Shown here: positions 56,487 to 64,000 of the stretch, one piece after another | Layout: each line of letters opens with the position of its first letter | Position numbering within the stretch: position 1 is the stretch's first letter | Assembly (NCBI GenBank): GCA_028534125.1 | Contig: CM052817.1 | Coordinates: 68,574,001 to 68,638,000, forward strand | DNA length: 64,000 nt | DNA from: Lama glama | Lineage: Eukaryota | Direction of reading: 5' to 3' | The notes under the pieces: generated by a model | Databases searched by the model: none | The model's input: the letters and a program-made list of their open reading frames with translations, nothing else | Told to the model about the DNA's origin: nothing | Program-made: the position numbers and the translations under genes

Positions 56487-58858
56487 CAGGCATACCTCAA
56501 AGATATTGTGGGTTTGGTTCCAGACCACCACAAAACAGCAAATATCACAATAAAGTAAGTTACACAAATTTTTTGGTTTTCTAGTACCTATAAAAGTTAT
56601 TTTTACTGTAGTCTATTATACAATAGCATTATGTAAAAAACAAAACAATGTACGTATCTTAATTAAAAATACTTCATTGCTAAAAAATGCTAACCACCAC
56701 CTGAGCCTTCAGTGAGTATAATATAATACATAATCTTTTTGCTGCTGTGGAGTCTTGCATTGATGTTGATGGTTGCTGAGGGATTAGGCTTGTCACTGCC
56801 GAAGGCTGGGGAGGCTATGGCAACTCCTTAAAATAAAACAATGAAAGTAAGCTGCATCGATTGACACTTCTTTTCATGAATTATTTCTCTGAAGCACGCA
56901 ATGCTCTTTGATAGCATTTTACCCAGAGCAGAATTTCTTTCAAAATTGGAGTCAATCCCCTCAAAACCTACTGCTGCTTTATCAACTAAGTTTAAATAAT
57001 ATTCTCAATCTTTTGTTGTCATTTCAACAATTTTTACAGCATCTTCACCAGGAGTAGATTCCATCTGAAGAAACCACTTTTCTCATCCATAGGAAGCAAC
57101 TCCTCATCTGTTATTTGAAGTTTGATCATAAGAATGCAGCAATTCAGTCACATCTTCAGGCTCCACTTCTAATTTTACTTCTCTTGCTATTTCTAACACA
57201 TCTGCAGTTGTGTCTTGCCCTGAAGTTTTGAACCTTTCAAAGTCATCCTTGAGGGTTGGAATCAACTTCTTCCAAATTCCTGTTAATGTGGATATTTTGA
57301 TCTCTTCCCATGAATTATAAATGTTGTTATTGGCATCTAGAATGGTGAATGCTTTCCAGAAAGTGTTCAATTGACTTTGCTTAGATCCATCAGAGGAATC
57401 ACTATGCATAGCAGCTAGAGCCTTACTTAACTTACTTCTTAAAGAAAAAGGCTTGAAAGTCAAAATGACTCCCTTGATTTGTGGGCAGCATAATGGATGT
57501 TAGCAGGCTTGAAAAAAATATTAGTTTTGTTGTATATCTCCATCAGGTCACTTGGGTGACCAGGTGCATTGTCAGTGAGCAGGAACGTTTTGAAAAAAAA
57601 ATTTTTTTTTCTGAGCAGTAGATCTCAACAGTTGGCTTAAAATATTTAGTAAACCACGTTGTAAATAGGTGGGCTGTCATCTAGGCTTTGTTCCATTTAT
57701 GGAGCACAGGCAGAGCAGATTGAGCATCATTCTTGAGGGCTCTAAAGGTTTTCAGAATGGTAAATCAGCATTGCCTTCAACTTAACATTACCAGCGGCAT
57801 TAGCCTTAACAAGAGGGGTCAGCCTGTCCTTTGAAATCGGGCATTAGCTTCTCCTCTCTAGCTATGAAAGTCCTAGATGGCATCTTCCAACATAAGGCTG
57901 CTTCATCTACGTGGAAAATCTGTTGTTTAGTATAGCCACCTTCATTAATTATTTTAGCTAGATCTTCAGGATAACTTGCACCTTGCATTTTCATGTTCTG
58001 GAGATGGTTTCTTTCCTTAAACCTCATGAACCAAGTGCTGCTAGCTTCAAATTTTTCTTCTGCAGATTCCTCACCTCTCTCAGCCTTCACAGCATTGAAG
58101 AGAGCTGGCCTTGCTCTGCATTAGGCTTTGGCTGAAGGGAATGCTGTGGCTGGTTTGATCTATCCAGACCACTACAACTTTCTCCTTATCAGCAATATGG
58201 TTGTTTTGCTTGTTTATCATTCATATGTTCACTGGAGTAGCACTTTTCTTTTCCTTCAAGAACTTTTTCTTCTCATTGACAACTTGGCTGTTTGGCACAA
58301 GAGGTCTAGCTTTTGGCCTACCTCAAATTTTGACACACCTTCATCAGTACTAAGCTTGACCATTTCTAGCTTTTGATTTAAAGTGAGAGATGTGCAACTC
58401 TTTCTTACACCTGAACACTTAGAGGCCACTGGAGGGTTATTTATTGGCTTAATATCAATATTTTTGCATCTCAGGGATGCAAGAGAAGAGGCCAGAGAAG
58501 ATGGAGAGAATTGGAATAGCCAGTTGGTGGAACACTCAGACACACACTACATTTACAGATTCAGTTCGCTGTCTTATATAGGCTTGGTTCATGGCGCCCC
58601 AAGACAATTATAATAGTGACATGAAAGATCACTGATCACAGATCACCATAACAAATATAATAATAATAATGAAAATGTTTGGAATATTACAAGAATTACC
58701 AAAATGTGACACACAAGACACAAAGTAAGCAAATGCTGTTGGAAAAATAGGGCTGACAGGCTTGGATGATGCACAGTTGCTACAAATATTCAATTTGTAA
58801 AAAAATGCAATATCTGCAAAGTGCAATAAAGCTAAGTGCTATCATTGAGGTATGCCTG
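56487..58858 (-). mobile_element. Full-length Tigger1 (TcMar-Tigger/pogo) DNA transposon, transposase decayed
   Basis: TIRs caggcatacctc at both ends, flanked by TA (56485-86, 58859-60); ORFs 58256..58543, 57806..58090 and 57104..57463 are Tigger1 transposase fragments ([26 protein letters not shown]). Confidence 0.95.
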
Positions 58859-58860
58859 TA

Positions 58861-59285
58861 TATAGCCAACAAAGAATCCATATGTGAATACATTTTTAAA
58901 AGTCCTCAAATCAATAAAAAATCACTCAATGAAAAAACTGGAAAGAGATATGAGCTAAGTAATGCCCAAAAGAGATACGCAAATGGCCAAAAATATGAAC
59001 AGACAAATAACTGCACTTTATCAGGGAATTAAAAATTAGTACTATAGCAAAATATGATTCCACTTGTTTTAGAACAATAACTGCTTTAAACTTGATAATA
59101 CCATGTGTTATTATGTATGTGGAGAAATGAGAACCCTTATCCAATTATGGTAAAAAGATAAAGTGATAAAAACCACTTCTGTGAACAATCGACAATGTAT
59201 ATACTAGGCTGATGATGTACAGATCCTATTTTCCAATAATGCCATTCTTGGGCACATACCTTAAAAAAACTCTCATATACATCAT
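58861..59285 (+). mobile_element. Continuation of L1 ORF2 3' region right of Tigger1
   Basis: caaatggccaaaaatatgaa...atgtggagaaatgagaacc...ccattcttgggcacatacc. Confidence 0.75.
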
Positions 59286-59339
59286 GGTATCAGGGAGGAA
59301 TTTGAAGCTTCATGTGTATCTGTAAGGTTTTATTTTTTA

Positions 59340-59531
<192 letters not shown>

Positions 59532-60825
59532 TTAATTATTTTAATGAGCACAGAAATCTATTATTTCTTCTAGGAAATAAAATTTATTCTACATCATCAA
59601 TCTCTTCATCAAAAGAAAGAAATTTTAGACTGAATGGATTAATAAAAAATGTAGCTGTTGGTCAAAATTTCTCCAGACAATTCACATTTAAAAATACATG
59701 TTGAGTTGGCATAAATACAGTATATAAATATAAAGTATTTTAGGAATACAAAAGTATGATTTACACTCTTTGTTCACACAGGTGCAATGCTAAAAATACT
59801 CTCCTGATACTATATAACTGTGCTCCTGAGGAAGTTTATATGAGCAAAAACTGATAAAGGGAAGAACAAAGAAATGCTAAGGATGATCATTTCTCAGGGG
59901 AAAGAATGCTGAATAATAAATGCATGAATTCTGTTTAGAGTTTTAGAGAATTACTTTGAGAATTTTTATATCCTTCAAACCATTTATTCTTGGAATTTCC
60001 ATCATTTTATTTCTTGATTTTCTACTTAATTCATTATATGAACAGCATAATTAAAGTTAATATTTAAAAATCAGTTTAAGGGGGGAAAAATAGAGAACAA
60101 GTGCTATATTCAAACAATTAACCTAAAATTTAACACATGAAGAAAAATATGATCAGCAGATGATTTCTACAGTTACTTACAAAGATCAAATCTAGTCCTG
60201 AATCTAAAATTAAAACTTTAAAGCACTGGTGGAAATGCAAGAGATTCAGGTTCTCTACTTCTTGAATAAATATGAAGAACAAGGGAACAGTAGCAATTTT
60301 GGCCCATAGTGCTGCATTATCATTTAACTTCTAGGTAATTTATAGGATGGTGTTCAAGACCTTACACAGTTCTGCAGATTTTTTCAACAGTGAATTAGCA
60401 CCATGATGCTCTCTAGACAAGTAATGATGTCACTGAGCACATTTTAAAATATTATTAGAGGTATAAAATAGTTCCTCAAAAAGGGTACACTAGCCTAGTT
60501 TATTAGCTCTCTTAAACATTACTGTCTTTTCTAATTTGCACATTTTTCATTTATTGATCACCAATTACTGTGAGATATTTCATAATAACTTTATTTCAAA
60601 TAGATCATAAAGCAAATTCTTTATTAAAAACAATCTTTATTAAAAATAATAAAAACATTGATGGGAACTCTGCAATTAGAAACTCCAGCCAAGAAAACAA
60701 GCTATTGACTTCAAATTGCGTTCATAATCACTTTGTTGGAATGTCTACCAAAAGAAAAGAATATCAAATTTTAAATATGTCATTACTAGATTTTTCTCAT
60801 TTCCAAGAGAAGTTTTCTTTCCTTA

Positions 60826-61101
<276 letters not shown>

Positions 61102-61309
61102 CTACAAAATGCACAGAGGATGAAATGCAGATTTACATATTGGTTGTACATTCAGTTTTGAAAAAGGATAATTTTTACCTTCTGTATCAGAGATATATGG
61201 GATATATATCCTATATATCTCAGATATATTGAGCTCTGTGGGATAGAAATAAGGGCAAGAAAAAGTGTTTGGGTAAGGAATCAACAAAAATTGCCCCATC
61301 CTTTGTGTA

Positions 61310-61520
61310 TTGAGGCAATTGCTGCCTCTTCTGAGAAGTCTCTCTTGATGTCTCAGGTAGGTTTTGCTTCCACTTTACTATGTTCATATTGACCTTCATT
61401 TACAATAGCAATTGTGAGACTAAATGTTTGTCTGCCTCCCCATTTGGCATGAATGATACTTGAAGATACAGTGTATGAAACGTAGTAGGAAGTCAATAAA
61501 TATTTGACTGAATGAATGTT
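61310..61520 (+). mobile_element. L2 3' end
   Basis: gtagtagg..tcaataaatatttgactgaatgaatg, the L2 terminus. Confidence 0.65.
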
Positions 61521-62082
61521 TAGTAAATATTTTATGGCATGACTTATGCCATGATAACTTTTCAGTATAAAAGTACCTTACTGGTGTCCCTAAAAAACAC
61601 ATTCTGGGAGTTTTAATCTTCACCAGAGAAATGAAAAGAGAAAAAGTGATATTCTGTTATAAATGTGGAATATAATGATATGGACCTCCTACCAATAATA
61701 TGATTTTTTGAGATCATTTAAAATAAATTATAAGCAATATGATGTATAAATATTGGTTTAGTGGAAATTCCATCAGAAATTAGATGATTTGATTTTAGGT
61801 TTAAATTTGAGATGAAATAGGACTTTGGTTTGCATAATAAAAAAAATTTTTGGTACTACTTCCTTTCCTCAATTCTTAAAGTTCTTGGTCCAAAGTAACT
61901 TAAATTTAAAGGATTAAAAGTTTAGTTATATTTTAACCACTTCCAGAATTATTTCTTAATTCTCAGATAAGTATCCATAAAGTCTCACTAATGTAAATAC
62001 ATATATTGTTGATAAATTCAAAAATGAAACTAGGACAAGGTTTAAAAACAAGGCTCATATTCTTTGCCTTAGTTATCATTAC

Positions 62083-62231
62083 CTTTACACAGCTGACTGA
62101 TATCCTCAGGCAGAGTTAAATCAGCACATCTCAGAGAAGATGAAAACAGGCTGGCAGGTTTGGTAAAGGGAATATATAAGGGTGACACTTCACTGAACAC
62201 ATTGTCCTGCATTAATTGATTCGGGGTTGGC
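62083..62231 (-). CDS. TBCK: TBCK coding exon (~exon 10): [49 protein letters not shown]
   Basis: 149 nt; acceptor ttcttaag|G, donor AAG|gtaatg. Confidence 0.96.
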
Positions 62232-63193
62232 CTTAAGAAACACATTTAAAATGCAGAGCATGAATGAAAGTCTTCAAAATTACCCTAGAATAATGACACA
62301 TCTTCAAGGGGATAGTTAAAAATCTTAAACAACTTATTAGTATAGAAAATAATAAAGCTCTCCTTTGTTAGAGTCTTAGTAGTCTTAAAAAATAATCAAG
62401 CGACTGCAAGTAAATGCTGAATTTTTTTACCTTTGTTGTGCTTTTTGTACTAAATTTATGATGTATCAAAAGTTATTACATACGAGTATCTCCATTGTTT
62501 ACTTTTAACTTGACCATCAAGTACCTCCTTTACTGAATATCTTAATTAAGTGATAGAAATTTAAACTGATAATACTTTTGGTTTTCTTCCTAGTCTTAGT
62601 TTAATGTGGTATATTTATCCCAAACTATGCTTTTAATACCATTCCTCTCTTCCTAACACATCTTAATAAAGATGTTTTTCTAAAGACAAATTGGAATACA
62701 TTATTTTCAAATATTACATACATACAGAGTTTAAGGATAACTGTATGGCTAACAGTGACATCATCAAATGAAAATAAATAATACAACTTCTAAGAAATCC
62801 TTTTATATTATCAACGATTGTTAACTCATCTCACGGTTTATCTGGGTTCTTTTCTTTTATACATATTTGCCAATAAACCTTTGTTCTCATTTTTTCTCAT
62901 ATCATTTGTATCTCATATCATTTGTGGAACATTCCACAGTTTAGCTGATTTTCTTATTGGAGGCTAGAAAATGAACTAGTGACTTCTTTGGTATATGCTC
63001 ATTTTCTGACCATGGTTTAATTACTTTTTCTTCTTTTATTACCATATATTAAAACCATAACTAACAGTTATGGTACTGATATAAATTACATATTACTATA
63101 TGTGTAAATATTCTTATTTAATCCATTAGTATTAAAAAATTAACTACTTATATGTTAGGATCTCAGTAATAATCCCAAACTCTTAATATCAAC

Positions 63194-63255
63194 CTCTTGG
63201 AAGGGTGGAAGGTGAGGCACTTCTGCAAAAGATCTATCACATTTTCAGGAAGTTC
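63194..63255 (-). CDS. TBCK: TBCK coding exon (~exon 9): [20 protein letters not shown](R)
   Basis: 62 nt; acceptor ttaccag|GA, donor GAG|gttgat; kinase subdomain XI-like CL..P..R. Confidence 0.95.
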
Positions 63256-63504
63256 CTGGTAAATAAAGAGAGAAAAGAACTATTTTAAATGATCCATCTA
63301 AAATTTTGTATTATTTAAATGTTTGCTACTTAAGGACGTTCAGACATGTTTTGAAAGTCTTTATTTGGACTTTATACAAATTCATATTAGTTTGTCACTC
63401 CGTGAAACAGCAAATATGTAAAGAAATAAACACAGCTATAAAACAGTTTGCTACTGGATCCCACATATGCAAAATAAATTTTCAATAGCAGATTTATGAC
63501 AAAC

Positions 63505-63566
63505 CTTTATAATGTCCAGACAACCATGCTCTTCAGCCAAAACTATTATAGTGTCATCTACGCAGT
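63505..63566 (-). CDS. TBCK: TBCK coding exon (~exon 8), pseudokinase C-lobe: (D)[20 protein letters not shown]
   Basis: 62 nt; acceptor ttttatag|AC, donor AAG|gtttgt. Confidence 0.95.
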
Positions 63567-64000
63567 CTATAAAAGAGAAAAATCATATGAATTAAAGCTG
63601 CTTTTCTAATTTATCAAATGGAAATTGAGCTCTGATAAAATTTTTTTAATTGCGTAATGCAGTTTTGGAACTTGGAGTATTAAAAAGCTTGAGACTTTGT
63701 TAACTTTACTTACATGTTTTGATAAAAATAAAGACTTCAGATACTAAGCAGTAATTGAATCACAGCTATTGAAAAAGAGCAGCTTAAATAGTGGGATAAA
63801 GGAGTGATTCAAGGAGGTAAAGATTCTCTCTCTCCCTCTCTCTCTCACAGGTATTACTCTTTAAAAGGCTTTATTATATTTTTATGATTATAAGACTATT
63901 TTTATTACACACAATTTGGAGAATATACACATATTTCTCTGGAATTTAAAGTGCAAGTTTTAGTCTGTAGACTACATTTAGAAATCTCCAAGACTCCTTA

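Noticed and set aside
57104..58543. Possible domesticated TIGD-like transposase gene
   Set aside because: Split into several frames by stops and frameshifts inside an ordinary TIR-bounded Tigger1; no intact ORF.
60400..60440. C/D-box-like ATGATG...CTGA
   Set aside because: Too short for a snoRNA and antisense to the host gene.

Overview
Mammalian, AT-rich, intron-dominated genomic DNA containing 16 consecutive internal coding exons of TBCK (TBC1 domain containing kinase) on the minus strand, 63566->3212. All introns are GT-AG and the exon phases chain without a break: 1577 nt, i.e. 2 nt plus 525 codons. They cover the C-terminal part of the pseudokinase domain, the linker, the whole TBC/Rab-GAP domain (IEVDIPR arginine finger, YWQG glutamine finger) and the linker toward the rhodanese domain. 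Exon lengths match human exons ~8-23 as I recall them. Start and stop codons lie outside the window. Two Vic-1-like tRNA-derived SINEs point to a camelid genome. The introns hold L1, L2, MIR, MaLR/ERV LTRs, hAT elements and a full-length, decayed Tigger1 nested in an L1. A 500-N scaffolding gap lies at 2020-2519. Most ORFs in the six-frame track are spurious or repeat-derived. I found no convincing novel biological system. The best second-look items are a sense-oriented, apparently L1-retroposed and polyadenylated ERV 3' end in intron 22, inverted repeat pairs bracketing exons, and a few hairpin/motif clusters. Repeat family names come from recall of consensus sequences and need RepeatMasker/Dfam confirmation.
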